32,000 nt of DNA from Nitrosospira multiformis ATCC 25196 (GCF_000196355.1 NC_007614.1:1800001-1832000); one strand, 5' to 3'; counted from the stretch's first letter, positions 15,459 to 26,209 are shown. Numbers and translations are program-made. Notes: generated by a model not told the origin, from the sequence alone.

Positions 15459-16547
15459 ATGAAAACGCTCTCGACCGCTTTCTTTTTAGCTCTCGTGCTC
15501 GGCATAACCCAGATTGCTTATGCGCAGCAGACAAAGTGGCGGACATTCAGCGAAGAGGCGATATCACTTTACAAGAAGGGCGAATATGACAAAGCGGTAG
15601 AAGCCGTCAAGAAATCGCTCGCGGTTGCGGAAAAAGAATATGGCCCTGACCATCCCGATACTGCCACCAGTCTGAACAACCTTGCGGAATTGTACCGCGA
15701 CCATAAAAAGTTTGCCCAGGCGGAGCCGCTCTATAAGCGGGCTGCGGCAATCCGGGAAAAGCACTTTGGACCCAACCATTCCCTGGTTGCAAGAACCCTG
15801 AATGGGCAGGCTGAACTCTACCGCGCCCAGAACCGTTTCGGGGACGCCGAGCCGCTTTACAAGCGGGCGCTGACCATCCGGGAAAAATCCCATAGGCCAG
15901 ACCATCCGGACATCACGCAGACGCTGAACAATCTCGCGGAACTGTATTGCGTCCAGGAACGGTACGCGCCGGCTAAAGCGCTTTACGAGCGCTTGCTTCC
16001 GATACGGGAAAAAGCGCTCGGTTCCGACCACCCTGGTCTGGCAGCGGGCCTGCACAATCTCGCCTTGATCCATCAGAACGAAGGCAGATACGCACAGGCC
16101 GAACCGCTCTACAAACGCGTGCTGGCGATCCGGGAGAAGGCCTTGGGCCGGAATCATCCCGACGTGGCGCAGGATTTGAGCATTCTTGCGGAACTTTATC
16201 GCACGCAAGGCCGCTATGCACTGGCTCAGCCCCTTTATGAACGTTCACTGGCAATCCTTGAAAAAGTTGCCGGAAAGTATCATCTTGATGTCGCCACTAT
16301 CCTGAACAACCTCGCGTTCATCCATCACAAGCAGGGGCAGTATGCCCAGGCGGAACCCCTTTACAAACGGGCACTGGCAATCTGTGAAAAGTCTCTGGGC
16401 ACCGGCCATCCTACTGCGAGAATAACCCGGGATAATCTTGCCGGACTTCGTATCGCAATGGATCGACTTCCCCCGGATGACGAAACGGAGCAGCGGGTAG
16501 CGCAGTCGCGTTTCCAGTGGTTTAGCAACATTATGGGTCGGCCATGA
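15459..16547 (+). CDS. Secreted tetratricopeptide-repeat protein (TPR_10/12, kinesin-light-chain-like repeats)
   Basis: Signal peptide MKTLSTAFFLALVLGITQIAYA|QQ. About seven 42-aa units of the form YAQAEPLYKRALAIREKALGPDHPDVAxxLNNLAELYRxQGR. Confidence 0.85.
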   Translation: MKTLSTAFFLALVLGITQIAYAQQTKWRTFSEEAISLYKKGEYDKAVEAVKKSLAVAEKEYGPDHPDTATSLNNLAELYRDHKKFAQAEPLYKRAAAIREKHFGPNHSLVARTLNGQAELYRAQNRFGDAEPLYKRALTIREKSHRPDHPDITQTLNNLAELYCVQERYAPAKALYERLLPIREKALGSDHPGLAAGLHNLALIHQNEGRYAQAEPLYKRVLAIREKALGRNHPDVAQDLSILAELYRTQGRYALAQPLYERSLAILEKVAGKYHLDVATILNNLAFIHHKQGQYAQAEPLYKRALAICEKSLGTGHPTARITRDNLAGLRIAMDRLPPDDETEQRVAQSRFQWFSNIMGRP

Positions 16548-16779
16548 CGGTTCCGGTCAAGAACAGCGAAAATAAAGGATATCTTGCTATAACAAAGCAA
16601 CTTTATAACGCTCCAAGGCGCGATGCATCTCTTACTTACAAGATGGCCGGGTTAGTTTAAAACGTTTTACTGATGTTATACTGATCCAATAAATTGGACC
16701 TTAGAGGTTAAAGCAACCGCATGAATTGAGGGACTTCACCGAGAATGGAAATTAACAATCCACAACAAAAGGAAATGTT

Positions 16780-17211
16780 ATGCGTTTCATGATCCTGGTC
16801 AAAGCCGACAAAAACACCGAGGCGGGTGTAATGCCGAGCGAGCATCTCCTTGCAGAGATGGGCCGATATAACGAGGAGATGGCGAAAGCCGGGGTGCTGC
16901 TGGCAGGTGAAGGACTCCATCCGAGTTCGAAAGGCGCCCGCGTAAAGTTTTCCGGAGAGAACCGCACCGTGATCAATGGTCCCTTTCCCGATGATGCGAA
17001 AAGCCTGGTGGCAGGCTTCTGGCTGATCCAGGTGAAATCGAAGGAAGAAGCGATTGAATGGGTGAAGCGCTGCCCGAACCCACTCGAAGGAGAAGCAGAA
17101 ATCGAGATTCGACAGGTGTTTGAAACCGAGGACTTCGGGACCGAATTTACCCCTGAACTAAGAGAAGCGGAAGAGCGTATCCGAACCGAAATAGCCGCAA
17201 GGAAGGGGTAA
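16780..17211 (+). CDS. YciI-family (DGPF domain) protein
   Basis: MRFMILVKADKNTEAG..INGPFPDDAKSLVAGFWLIQVKSKEEAIEWVKRCP. Confidence 0.8.
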   Translation: MRFMILVKADKNTEAGVMPSEHLLAEMGRYNEEMAKAGVLLAGEGLHPSSKGARVKFSGENRTVINGPFPDDAKSLVAGFWLIQVKSKEEAIEWVKRCPNPLEGEAEIEIRQVFETEDFGTEFTPELREAEERIRTEIAARKG

Positions 17212-17221
17212 TGAAATCAAC

Positions 17222-17243
17222 AGGGTCAGACTTAGTCTGCCCT
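17222..17243. terminator. Candidate bidirectional hairpin between the convergent yciI-like gene and tex
   Basis: AGGGTCAGAC-tta-GTCTGCCCT forms 9 bp with one bulge. It lies 11 nt after the plus-strand stop and 35 nt after the tex stop. The flanking T-tracts are weak. Confidence 0.35.
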
Positions 17244-17277
17244 ATTGATACAGCTAGATCGTAAAGCTAAATTCCAA

Positions 17278-19650
17278 TCAACCCTTCAATCTCGCAAACG
17301 CTGCTGCCATCGCCGTATCAGCCCTGGAATCCTGTTTCTGCTGGGGTTTGGCTGAGCGGTCCTTCCTATTCCTTGGCTGCTCACGCTTGCCAGCCCCTCG
17401 CGCCTCCTGTGTCTGTGGTGCTGGCGCATCTGCCAACCTCATCGTAAGGGCAATGCGCTTACGCTTTTCATCGACTTCCAGCACTTTGACCTTCACCACC
17501 TGCCCCACCTTGACGACCGTGTGCGGGTCTTTGACGAATTTGTCGGCGAGCGCGGAGATGTGCACCAGCCCATCCTGATGCACCCCGATATCGACGAACG
17601 CGCCGAAGGCAGCCACGTTGGTTACCACGCCTTCCAGCAGCATACCCGGCTGCAGATCGGAAATCTCGTTCACGCCTTCCTTGAATGCGGCAGTGATGAA
17701 TTCCGGCCGGGGATCACGGCCCGGCTTTTCCAGCTCCTTCACGATGTCGGTGACGGTCGGCACGCCGAATCGATCATCCGCATACCTCGCCGGATTGAGC
17801 GACTTCAATAATTTGTTATTGCCGATGATCGACCTGATTTCCTGCTTCAAGTCGGAAAGGATTCTTTGCACGACGGGATACGACTCGGGATGCACTGCCG
17901 ACGCATCAAGCGGGTTCTCGCCATGCATCACCCGCAAGAAGCCTGCCGCCTGCTCGAAGGTTTTCTCACCCAGGCGCGGCACCTGGTGCAGAGCTTCACG
18001 CGAGGCAAACATCCCGTTTTCCTCGCGATAGACAACGATGCTTTGTGCGACAGCCGGGTTAAGCCCCGAAACGCGTTCGAGCAGCGGCGCGGAGGCCGTA
18101 TTGACGTCCACGCCTACCGCATTGACGCAGTCTTCGACCACGGCATCGAGCGAGCGCGCGAGCTGGGTTTGCCCGACATCATGCTGGTATTGGCCTACGC
18201 CAATCGATTTCGGATCGACTTTGACCAGCTCCGCCAGAGGGTCCTGCAGGCGCCGCGCAATGGAAACCGCTCCTCTCAGCGACACATCCATATCGGGGAA
18301 CTCTCTGGAGGCCAGATCGGAGGCGGAATAAACCGAAGCCCCCGCTTCCGAAACCACGATAGAGGTGAGCTTGAGATCGGGCCGGCGCTTGATCAGGTCT
18401 TTTGCCAGCTTGTCGGTCTCGCGCGAAGCGGTGCCATTGCCTATGGCTATCAGCGATACCCGAAATTTTTCCGCAAGCGTGCCGAGAACATGAAGGGACC
18501 CCTCCCAATCATTCCTTGGTTGATGTGGATAAATGGTGGCCGTTTCCATGACCCGCCCTGTCGCATCCACTACTGCGACTTTCACCCCTGTGCGCAAGCC
18601 GGGGTCTAGACCTATTGTCACGCGAGGCCCGGCGGGAGCGGCCATGAGCAGGGCTTTCAGGTTGCGCGCAAAGACCTGGATCGCTTCGGTCTCGGCGCGT
18701 GTGCGCAACGAACCCATAAGATCGAGTTCCAGATGCGGAAAACTCTTCACCCGCCAGGTCCAGCGCACCGTGTCCATCAGCCACGCATCGGCAGGCCGCC
18801 CTTTGTCCGCAATACCGAACCGGACAGCAATGCGCGCCTCGCACGGGTTATGCGGTGCATCCCACTTCGGTTTCTCCGCCTCCGAATCCAGACGCAGGGC
18901 AACGCGTAAAATTTCTTCACGTCGCCCCCGAAAAAGCGCCAGCGCCCGGTGCGAAGGAATAGCGCTGAGCGGTTCGGAGTAATCGAAATAATCGGAATAT
19001 TTGGCGCCCTCCTCTTCCTTACCCTTACCGCCATTCTTGTCGCTCGCGACTTTCGACTCCACCACCCCATGGTCCAGCAGGTACTCGCGCAGCCACTGAA
19101 GCAACTCGGCATCCTCCGCGAAACGCTCCATCAGTATCTGGCGTGCTCCCTCGAGCGCAGCTTTCACATCCGGTACCCCGGGATTATCCCCCTGCTCGGT
19201 AGCGAAGGGCGGCTTCAAGTACTTGATGGCCTCTTCCTCGGGTTGTAGCGTCGGATCGGCAAGCAGCGCATCTGCCAGTGGCTCCAGCCCCGCTTCGAGC
19301 GCGATCTGCGCCTTGGTGCGCCGCTTTTTCTTGAAGGGGAGATACAGATCTTCCAGCCGTGTCTTATCCTCGGCCTGCAGGATGGAAGCAAGCAGCGCGG
19401 GCGTCATTTTCCCCTGCTCTTCTATCGAGGCGATAATCGCGGCGCGCCTGTCTTCCAGTTCACGCAGATAACGCAACCGTTCTTCCAGCAGGCGCAACTG
19501 CGCATCGTCCAGCCCGCCAGTCACCTCCTTGCGGTAACGTGCAATAAAGGGCACGGTGGCACCTTCATCGAGCAAGGCAATGGCCGCGTTAACCTGTGCA
19601 GGCTTCGCGCCGAGTTCAAGGGAAAGACGTTGTTCAATGGATGGCAGCAT
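17278..19650 (-). CDS. tex: Tex transcription accessory protein (YqgF/HHH/S1 domains)
   Basis: Start is ATG at 19650 ([49 protein letters not shown]), not the ORF-track start at 19920. A C-terminal S1 domain (..[26 protein letters not shown]..) is followed by a basic tail. Confidence 0.95.
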   Translation of the reverse strand: MLPSIEQRLSLELGAKPAQVNAAIALLDEGATVPFIARYRKEVTGGLDDAQLRLLEERLRYLRELEDRRAAIIASIEEQGKMTPALLASILQAEDKTRLEDLYLPFKKKRRTKAQIALEAGLEPLADALLADPTLQPEEEAIKYLKPPFATEQGDNPGVPDVKAALEGARQILMERFAEDAELLQWLREYLLDHGVVESKVASDKNGGKGKEEEGAKYSDYFDYSEPLSAIPSHRALALFRGRREEILRVALRLDSEAEKPKWDAPHNPCEARIAVRFGIADKGRPADAWLMDTVRWTWRVKSFPHLELDLMGSLRTRAETEAIQVFARNLKALLMAAPAGPRVTIGLDPGLRTGVKVAVVDATGRVMETATIYPHQPRNDWEGSLHVLGTLAEKFRVSLIAIGNGTASRETDKLAKDLIKRRPDLKLTSIVVSEAGASVYSASDLASREFPDMDVSLRGAVSIARRLQDPLAELVKVDPKSIGVGQYQHDVGQTQLARSLDAVVEDCVNAVGVDVNTASAPLLERVSGLNPAVAQSIVVYREENGMFASREALHQVPRLGEKTFEQAAGFLRVMHGENPLDASAVHPESYPVVQRILSDLKQEIRSIIGNNKLLKSLNPARYADDRFGVPTVTDIVKELEKPGRDPRPEFITAAFKEGVNEISDLQPGMLLEGVVTNVAAFGAFVDIGVHQDGLVHISALADKFVKDPHTVVKVGQVVKVKVLEVDEKRKRIALTMRLADAPAPQTQEARGAGKREQPRNRKDRSAKPQQKQDSRADTAMAAAFARLKG

Positions 19651-19730
19651 GATTGACGGACACCTATTCAGTTGCAGTGGAAAAAGGGGAAGTGGTAAAA
19701 CAGATGGACGGAAGGGGGAAAGGATCAGGT

Positions 19731-20081
19731 TCAGTTCGTATTCTGGCTGGATAGCGGTTTTTGTTCGGTATCCGCACGCTTGCGGTATATCCCGGAGCGC
19801 ATGAGCAGGATCGTGGTGACAGGCGATGTCGATATCATGAACAGTGTGATCAACACCTCCTGAAACACGAACCGCTCCGCGTGTATCGAAGCAAGCAGGA
19901 TCGATGCCAGCAGCACACACCCGAGGCCGAGTGTATTTCCCAACGTTATGCCGTGCATTCGCGCAAACAGGTTGGGCAACCGAAGCAGGCCGAGGGATCC
20001 GATCAGCGTCAACAGACTGCCTGAGATCAGCAGCAACGAGCCGAGCAGGTCGGCCCAGAAAGGAATCACGCCATTCGTCAT
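19731..20081 (-). CDS. mrpG: Mrp/Pha cation:proton antiporter subunit G
   Basis: [44 protein letters not shown]... ATGA overlap with the mrpF stop at 20078-20081. Confidence 0.85.
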   Translation of the reverse strand: MTNGVIPFWADLLGSLLLISGSLLTLIGSLGLLRLPNLFARMHGITLGNTLGLGCVLLASILLASIHAERFVFQEVLITLFMISTSPVTTILLMRSGIYRKRADTEQKPLSSQNTN

Positions 20082-20359
20082 GGCTCGATCACCTCGCCCC
20101 GCAAAAGGAATTTGGCCATTGCGGCTGACCCGACAAACCCGAATAGCGCAATCAGCAGGGCGATGTCGAAATAAAATCGGGATCCGAACTGAATTCCCAG
20201 GATGAGCACCATGATCATGCTGTTTACGTACAGGGTATCCAACGCCAGTACGCGGTCTTCCGCGGCAGGCCCGCGCAGAAGACGGATCGCCGCAAAAATC
20301 GTGGCAAGTGTGACAGCAATCAGGGCAAAGGATATCGCCCATGGCAGCATTGCATTCAT
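20078..20359 (-). CDS. mrpF: Mrp/Pha antiporter subunit F
   Basis: [43 protein letters not shown]... ATGA overlap at 20356-20359. Confidence 0.85.
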   Translation of the reverse strand: MNAMLPWAISFALIAVTLATIFAAIRLLRGPAAEDRVLALDTLYVNSMIMVLILGIQFGSRFYFDIALLIALFGFVGSAAMAKFLLRGEVIEP

Positions 20360-20844
20360 TCGAATATCTCCATCAGTCGGCGCTCGTAACGCTGCTTGAT
20401 GGTGCGGACCCAAGCCTCCTCATCCTGGAGGTCCAGGACGTGAATCGTGAGTTCGCCTCCATCGGGCGAAAGCCCGGCCCAGACGGTACCGGGCGTGGCA
20501 GTGATTATACAGGCGAGGGCAGCAAGCCCATACGGATCACGCAGGTCCAGCGGAATTTTCATGAAAGCCGAATTAAAACGTCTCTCCGCCGGACCGAGAA
20601 TGATCCCGGCCACGGCGATGTTGGAGCGGATAATATCGATCAGCACTACAAAAAACAGCCCCAATGCGGTGAGCAGATGGTGCGGGTGCGCGCGCAGTGG
20701 GCGTATTGCCGCAGTCGATGCGGTAATAGCCACCGTGAGCATCAGGCCCAGCAAAAGCTGGCCCGGCGCCAGGGAATCATTCAGCAGAAGCCACAAGGCA
20801 AACAGAATGACAGTAAATAGTGTCAGCGATGGCCAGCGTTTCAT
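20356..20844 (-). CDS. mrpE: Mrp/Pha antiporter subunit E
   Basis: The size, the position in the operon and the motif ..IDIIRSNIAVAGIIL.. all fit subunit E. ATGA overlap at 20841-20844. Confidence 0.8.
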   Translation of the reverse strand: MKRWPSLTLFTVILFALWLLLNDSLAPGQLLLGLMLTVAITASTAAIRPLRAHPHHLLTALGLFFVVLIDIIRSNIAVAGIILGPAERRFNSAFMKIPLDLRDPYGLAALACIITATPGTVWAGLSPDGGELTIHVLDLQDEEAWVRTIKQRYERRLMEIFE

Positions 20845-22505
20845 GGGCTGATTCCCTCCACTGGAATTGAAGGTACTGCCGGGGGCCCGGGTGGCCGGCT
20901 GCCCGACAGCACCGCATCGATATATACCTGCGGTGAAGACAGTGAATTACCCGCAAGATTCAAGTATTCCATTGCCGGACCCGTCTCTATCGAAAGTGCA
21001 ACGCTGAGCAGCAGCAGCACCGCAACGGGAACCGCCTCCCCAAGATGCAGTCTTGGCGTCATGATCTCATCCGTGCTCCAGAACAAATGTATTCCCATCC
21101 GACAGAGAGCAATGATTGCAATCAGGCTCGAGCCCAGCATTCCTCCCCACAGTACCCATACCGTAACCGGTACTGGCGCCGGCGCAGTATCGGTTAGTGT
21201 GGCGGAGAGGATAAGGAACTTGGCGATAAAACCCGATAGTGGCGGCAAGCCTGCCACGAGCAACGCGCATGCCAGAAAACCCATGCCCAGAAATGCCATC
21301 GCTGCGGGAATGACGATACCTATCACTTCATCCGTAAAATCTGCATCAACCGGCTCCTGTCCGACAGGCTCCATCATCTCCAGCGGCAGGTCCTCGCCGG
21401 TTTGCCGTGTACGGTCGATCATCTCACAAAGCATGAAGAAAGCGCCTGTGGCCAGCACTGAGCTTGTCAAGTAATACAGCGCCGCCCCTTTCATGGCCGT
21501 ACCGCCAAACCCGAGCGCTGCAAGCAACGTGCCGGCGGAGGCGATGACACAATAGGCAACCAGACGCTGTGGCTGGCTGGCGGTGAGTATACCCGCTGTT
21601 CCCAGCACGAGTGTAATGATACCCATGCCAAACAGCCAGCCCTCGTTGAATGGCGCCGGGACGCTCGCCCCGGAAGCGCCGGACAGCAGCGACCCCAGCC
21701 GCAGCAGCGCGTAAATCCCCACCTTGGTCATAATCGAAAAAACCGCTGCCACTGGAGGCGCAGCGGTACCGTAAGCAGACGGCAGCCAGAAGTTCAGAGG
21801 CCATGCCCCCGCCTTGAGCAGAAATGCGCTGCCCAGAATGGCGATACCGGTTTCGAAAAGTATACGCTCGTCCTGGGTGAGCAGTGAGGCGCGCGCCGCC
21901 ACGTCCGCCATATTGAGCGTTCCGGTTACTCCGTAGATCAGCGAAACGCCAATCAGAAAGACAAACGAACCTGCAAGATTGATCGCGATATAGTGGAGAC
22001 CAGCCTTGACGCGAGGTTCCCCCAGACCGTGCAGCAGGAGACCGTATGACGCGGCCAGCAGCACCTCCACAAATACAAACAGGTTAAAGAGATCGCCGGT
22101 CAGAAAAGCGCCGTTTACCCCCATGATCAGGAACTGGAACAGCGATTGGAAATGAGGCCCAGCCTTGCGCCAGCGCGCCAAAGCGTAGATCAGGGAAGTC
22201 AATGCCAGCACCGCGTTGAGCACCAGCATCAGAGCAGACAATCGATCCAGCACCAGCACGATACCGAAGGGTGCCTGCCAGCCACCGAGCAGATATACCG
22301 CGATACCATCCGGCCAGATACTTGGAACGGCATCGCTTGCGATATAGGCGAGCGCGAGGGCCACGAGTAAATTCAACAGGGTGGCAACAAGGGCGATAAT
22401 GGTGCGCGGAGCACGCCGCGCTTCGGCGAACAGCAGCATGACTGCTCCCGCAACCAATGGGATCACTACCGGAAATATCGGAAGATGATTCACCCAGCCA
22501 TTCAT
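20841..22505 (-). CDS. mrpD: Mrp/Pha antiporter subunit D (NuoN/ND2-like)
   Basis: A 554-aa polytopic protein of the proton-conducting membrane transporter family. ATGA overlap at 22502-22505. Confidence 0.9.
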   Translation of the reverse strand: MNGWVNHLPIFPVVIPLVAGAVMLLFAEARRAPRTIIALVATLLNLLVALALAYIASDAVPSIWPDGIAVYLLGGWQAPFGIVLVLDRLSALMLVLNAVLALTSLIYALARWRKAGPHFQSLFQFLIMGVNGAFLTGDLFNLFVFVEVLLAASYGLLLHGLGEPRVKAGLHYIAINLAGSFVFLIGVSLIYGVTGTLNMADVAARASLLTQDERILFETGIAILGSAFLLKAGAWPLNFWLPSAYGTAAPPVAAVFSIMTKVGIYALLRLGSLLSGASGASVPAPFNEGWLFGMGIITLVLGTAGILTASQPQRLVAYCVIASAGTLLAALGFGGTAMKGAALYYLTSSVLATGAFFMLCEMIDRTRQTGEDLPLEMMEPVGQEPVDADFTDEVIGIVIPAAMAFLGMGFLACALLVAGLPPLSGFIAKFLILSATLTDTAPAPVPVTVWVLWGGMLGSSLIAIIALCRMGIHLFWSTDEIMTPRLHLGEAVPVAVLLLLSVALSIETGPAMEYLNLAGNSLSSPQVYIDAVLSGSRPPGPPAVPSIPVEGISP

Positions 22506-22843
22506 GCTTCCGGATCCCCATCGACGTGATCATTGCCCGTCAAACCCCGTGAAGCCAGCAACACGACCAGAAAGAGTGCAGTCATGGCAAAACCAATGAC
22601 GATTGCGGTGAGCACAAGCGCCTGCGGCACGGGATCGTCATACAACGAAGGATCTGCCTTTGCCGCGGTTTCGATGATTGGCGCGCCTCCTATCATGAGC
22701 CGCCCCATTCCAAAGATGAACAGATTGACCGCGTACGACAGCAGAGAAAGTCCCATGATGACTTGGAAGGTGCGGGGGCGCAGCACCAGCCAGACACCTG
22801 AAGCGGTCAGGACACCAATAGCAAGCGCATAGATTCCTTCCAT
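22502..22843 (-). CDS. mrpC: Mrp/Pha antiporter subunit C (NuoK-like)
   Basis: ATG at 22843 overlaps the mrpA stop (TGATG), with GGAGAGGGAGG upstream. Three TM helices. Confidence 0.85.
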   Translation of the reverse strand: MEGIYALAIGVLTASGVWLVLRPRTFQVIMGLSLLSYAVNLFIFGMGRLMIGGAPIIETAAKADPSLYDDPVPQALVLTAIVIGFAMTALFLVVLLASRGLTGNDHVDGDPEA

Positions 22844-25800
22844 CAATCCTCCCTCTCCTTCGGAGGCGAAACATGGGGAAGCTTTTGCCTTCCGGCTTCC
22901 CCAGGCGCATAGTCAGTCGGAGCCGTTGAAGCGACGGGGACAGAGAGCGAGGCGGATGCATGAGGGCTTTCGCCTTCCTCTGCCGGCAAACCCGGCACCT
23001 CCACCGCCGCCTCTACCGTCGTCTCAACTTCTGCAATTTCATGCTTGCGGTGCGCGCGCCGTGACTGGTGGGCAAGCGCCACCAGGATCAACACCGCTGC
23101 GCCAATCACCAGAAAAAAGACACCCAGATCGAACAGCAACACCGTTGAAAGGTGCATCTCGCCGATTATTGGCAAAGTGCCATGCCATGCCAGCGCAGAA
23201 AGAAATGGACGGCCCACCAGCCACGCTGACATGCCCGCACCTGCGGCACCAAGTAACCCCGCTGCAAGCCAGTATTGGGGGAAAATACGGGTACGGGATT
23301 CGGCCCAAGCAGTGCCTCCCACGAGGTATTGCAAAATGACCGCTGTCGTGACGATCAACCCCGCCACGAAGCCGCCGCCCGGTTCGTTATGCCCGCGCAA
23401 TAAAAAATAAATCGCCACCATGCCCGAAACCGGCAGCAGCAACTGCACGAACACCGCCGGCACCATCATTGGCCCAGCGGGCAGCAAAGCATGCGGATCT
23501 GACGGCAACGCCCCCATCTGTTCATCCTGTTCCTGCTGCTTTACCGGCACGGCCATAGCCTCAGCCGCAGGGCGGAACCTTCGCAGCAGCGCGAACACAG
23601 TCAATGCCACGATACCCAGCACGGTTATCTCACCCATCGTATCGAAACCGCGGAAATCAACCAGGATCACATTGATGACGTTCGATCCACCCGCCAGAGG
23701 CAATGAATTCTCGATAAAAAAAGGCGAAATGCCTTCCCCGGCGGACCGGGTCAGAATTGCGTAGCTCAATCCGGTGATACCGATACCCGCACAAATCGCG
23801 ATCACCAGATCCCGCGAGCGGCGCCCCTCGGCGCGCATACGTACCGGCAGCGGCACCGTTTCATGGTCCAGCGACTTATCGCGCGGCGGCAGCCAGCGCA
23901 GACCCAGCAGAAGCAGGACAAGTGTGACGACCTCTACGATAAGCTGTGTCAGCGCCAGGTCAGGCGCGGAAAACCAGACGAAGGTCATGCAGGTTGCCAA
24001 TCCCGCTACGCCTGACAAGGTCAATGCAGCAAGCCGGTGATACTTTGCCTGGGCGGCGGCCGCGATTGCACAGACCGCGCCGATCAGCCACAGCGCCGCA
24101 AAAGTCGGTTCAACCGGAAGGGGAGGCTTGTCGCCCTCGGGCAGGCCGCCCCTGGAAAGCGATATCAGCGCGCTGGCAAACACGGCAATGATAAGCAGCA
24201 GCATCTGGACCTGCAGATGCTCGGTGGATAACCATCGCAAAAGGCGCATTGCCAGCCTGTCAAGCTTTTCGAGCATGAATTCGAAAATACGCTTGCCGTC
24301 GAAACGTTCGATCAGCGGTACTACTGTCGTACCCTGCTGGTATTCTCCCAGTGCCCGGTACAGGAGGATTCCCCCTGCCATCGCAGCCAGGCTCATCATG
24401 AGAGGGAGACTGAAACCATGCCATACCGCGAGGCTGTGGAACGGCGTGTGTTCCCCAAGTACGGACCGCGAGGCCATGTTCAGGTACGACCCAACAGTCG
24501 TGGCGGGAAACATTCCAACTACCAGACAGGCGGTGACAAGCAGCGCGCTGGGAAACAGCATCCAGCGCGGTGGCTCGTGCGGCTTTTTCGGCAGATCGTC
24601 CGCCGGAGGCCCGAAAAACACTTGCAGAATAAAACGCAGCGAATAGGCCACGCTGAGTGTTCCCCAAACCACAGCCATTGCCGGCAGGCCAATCCGGGTG
24701 ATCAGGTGTCCGCTGACAAACACGGTCTCGGCAAAAAACATCTCTTTCGAAAGAAAACCATTGAACAACGGCACACCCGCCATCGACGCAGCACCCACCG
24801 CGGCCAGCGTAGCGGTGATGGGCATGGCACGCCGCAACCCGCTCAACCGCGATAAATCGCGTGTGCCGGTTTCATGATCGACCATGCCTGCCGCCATGAA
24901 AAGCGATGCCTTGAATGTAGCGTGATTCATGATATGAAAAATTGCGGCTATCAACGCCAGGGGACTGTTCAACCCAAGCAGCAGCGTAATCAGACCCAGA
25001 TGGCTGATGGTGGAATAAGCCAGCACACCTTTCATATCCCGCTGAAACACCGCCGCGTATGCGCCCAGCACGAGCGACAGAAGACCTGCCGTACCGATCA
25101 TCCAGAACCATTCGTCGGTACCTGCAAGCACAGGCCAGAGCCGGACAAGCAGGAAAACACCTGCTTTGACCATCGTTGCCGAATGAAGGTAGACAGATAC
25201 GGGTGTAGGCGCCGCCATGGCATGCGGCAACCAGAAATGAAATGGAAATTGTGCGCTTTTAGTCAACGCTCCCAATCCAATCAGGATCAGCATGGGCACA
25301 TACCAGGAATGCGCACGGATCAGATCGCCAGAGGCAAGCACACGATCCAGATCGTAACTCCCCGCTACCCATCCGAGCATCAGGATTCCGGCAAGCAGGC
25401 AAAGACCGCCAGCCGCCGTGACGGTCAAAGCCATGCGGGCGCCGTGGCGGGCATCCGGCCGGTGATACCAGTATGCTATCAACATGAAAGACGTCAGACT
25501 GGTCAGTTCCCAGAACACCACCAGTTGAATCAGGTTACCGGACAGCACGACCCCCAGCATCGCGCCCATGAAAGCGAGAAAGAACGAGAAAAAACGGGGA
25601 ACCGGGTCTTGCGCTGCCATGTAATAGCGCGCATACAGTACAACCAGGGCGCCCATCACTGTAACCAGCATTGCAAACAGCCAGGCAAAGCCATCGAGGC
25701 GAAACGTGAAGTCGAGACCCAACTGAGGAATCCAGTGCACCGATTCCCGTATCACCTCCCCTCCAGCTATTGGTTGATACAACCGGACAGTGAGAATGAC

Positions 25801-25917
25801 GCATGCCACCGCAACGGTACCCGCGAGCCAGGCTGCGACGTTGCGCGCGTGGGATGGCAGAAACGCCGCGCAGAGGCTACCCGTGAAGGGCAGGATAACT
25901 ATCCAGATCAACGACAT
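22843..25917 (-). CDS. mrpA: Mrp/Pha antiporter fused subunit A/B (NuoL-like) with a C-terminal low-complexity tail
   Basis: A 1024-aa protein with an N-terminal NuoL-like region (..WELTSLTSFMLIAYW..) followed by MrpB-like helices. The last ~70 aa are non-membrane, acidic and Pro/Ala-rich. Confidence 0.9.
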   Translation of the reverse strand: MSLIWIVILPFTGSLCAAFLPSHARNVAAWLAGTVAVACVILTVRLYQPIAGGEVIRESVHWIPQLGLDFTFRLDGFAWLFAMLVTVMGALVVLYARYYMAAQDPVPRFFSFFLAFMGAMLGVVLSGNLIQLVVFWELTSLTSFMLIAYWYHRPDARHGARMALTVTAAGGLCLLAGILMLGWVAGSYDLDRVLASGDLIRAHSWYVPMLILIGLGALTKSAQFPFHFWLPHAMAAPTPVSVYLHSATMVKAGVFLLVRLWPVLAGTDEWFWMIGTAGLLSLVLGAYAAVFQRDMKGVLAYSTISHLGLITLLLGLNSPLALIAAIFHIMNHATFKASLFMAAGMVDHETGTRDLSRLSGLRRAMPITATLAAVGAASMAGVPLFNGFLSKEMFFAETVFVSGHLITRIGLPAMAVVWGTLSVAYSLRFILQVFFGPPADDLPKKPHEPPRWMLFPSALLVTACLVVGMFPATTVGSYLNMASRSVLGEHTPFHSLAVWHGFSLPLMMSLAAMAGGILLYRALGEYQQGTTVVPLIERFDGKRIFEFMLEKLDRLAMRLLRWLSTEHLQVQMLLLIIAVFASALISLSRGGLPEGDKPPLPVEPTFAALWLIGAVCAIAAAAQAKYHRLAALTLSGVAGLATCMTFVWFSAPDLALTQLIVEVVTLVLLLLGLRWLPPRDKSLDHETVPLPVRMRAEGRRSRDLVIAICAGIGITGLSYAILTRSAGEGISPFFIENSLPLAGGSNVINVILVDFRGFDTMGEITVLGIVALTVFALLRRFRPAAEAMAVPVKQQEQDEQMGALPSDPHALLPAGPMMVPAVFVQLLLPVSGMVAIYFLLRGHNEPGGGFVAGLIVTTAVILQYLVGGTAWAESRTRIFPQYWLAAGLLGAAGAGMSAWLVGRPFLSALAWHGTLPIIGEMHLSTVLLFDLGVFFLVIGAAVLILVALAHQSRRAHRKHEIAEVETTVEAAVEVPGLPAEEGESPHASASLSVPVASTAPTDYAPGEAGRQKLPHVSPPKERED

Positions 25918-26209
25918 GAACTATCGATATGAGTTACTGCGAACAAGCCCCACCCGTGCCGATCGAAATTTTCCGAAGAAAGATACAAGAGAAGAGCGCG
26001 ACCAGTCAGGAACCTCTGGGCGCACACCCTGTAAGGACTGTTCCGGGAAGTTCTCAAGGTGAGATCGGATGGACCGGGCATAGGCAGCGTTTTCATGCCC
26101 AGGGGGAGAACTGTTAAGAAATTGCTCAAGTGCAGACAGAACTCAGGCACGCATCAGACTGCCGGCTTGAATAATACCATCAGACAGAATTTTTTGACGA
26201 TTTGTTATT

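Noticed and set aside
15564-16208. 214-aa minus-strand ORF
   Set aside because: It is antisense to the TPR gene, and its periodicity is a mirror of the TPR repeats.
17866-18609. 247-aa plus-strand ORF, plus further ORFs on both strands within 17348-19804
   Set aside because: These are alternative-frame or antisense ORFs overlapping tex, whose own translation is unambiguous.
19651-19920. N-terminal extensions of tex (to 19920), mrpG (to 20342), mrpF (to 20413), the NlpC/P60 gene (to 26870), the VOC gene (to 27540) and the autotransporter (to 4292)
   Set aside because: The extensions overlap upstream genes or have a non-protein-like composition. Internal ATGs with an RBS or with overlapping-stop coupling give N-termini that match the respective families.
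24874-25932. 352-aa plus-strand ORF
   Set aside because: It is fully antisense to mrpA, with a His/Arg/Gln/Pro-rich composition typical of shadow frames in GC-rich membrane-protein genes. The minus-strand product has a clear family identity.
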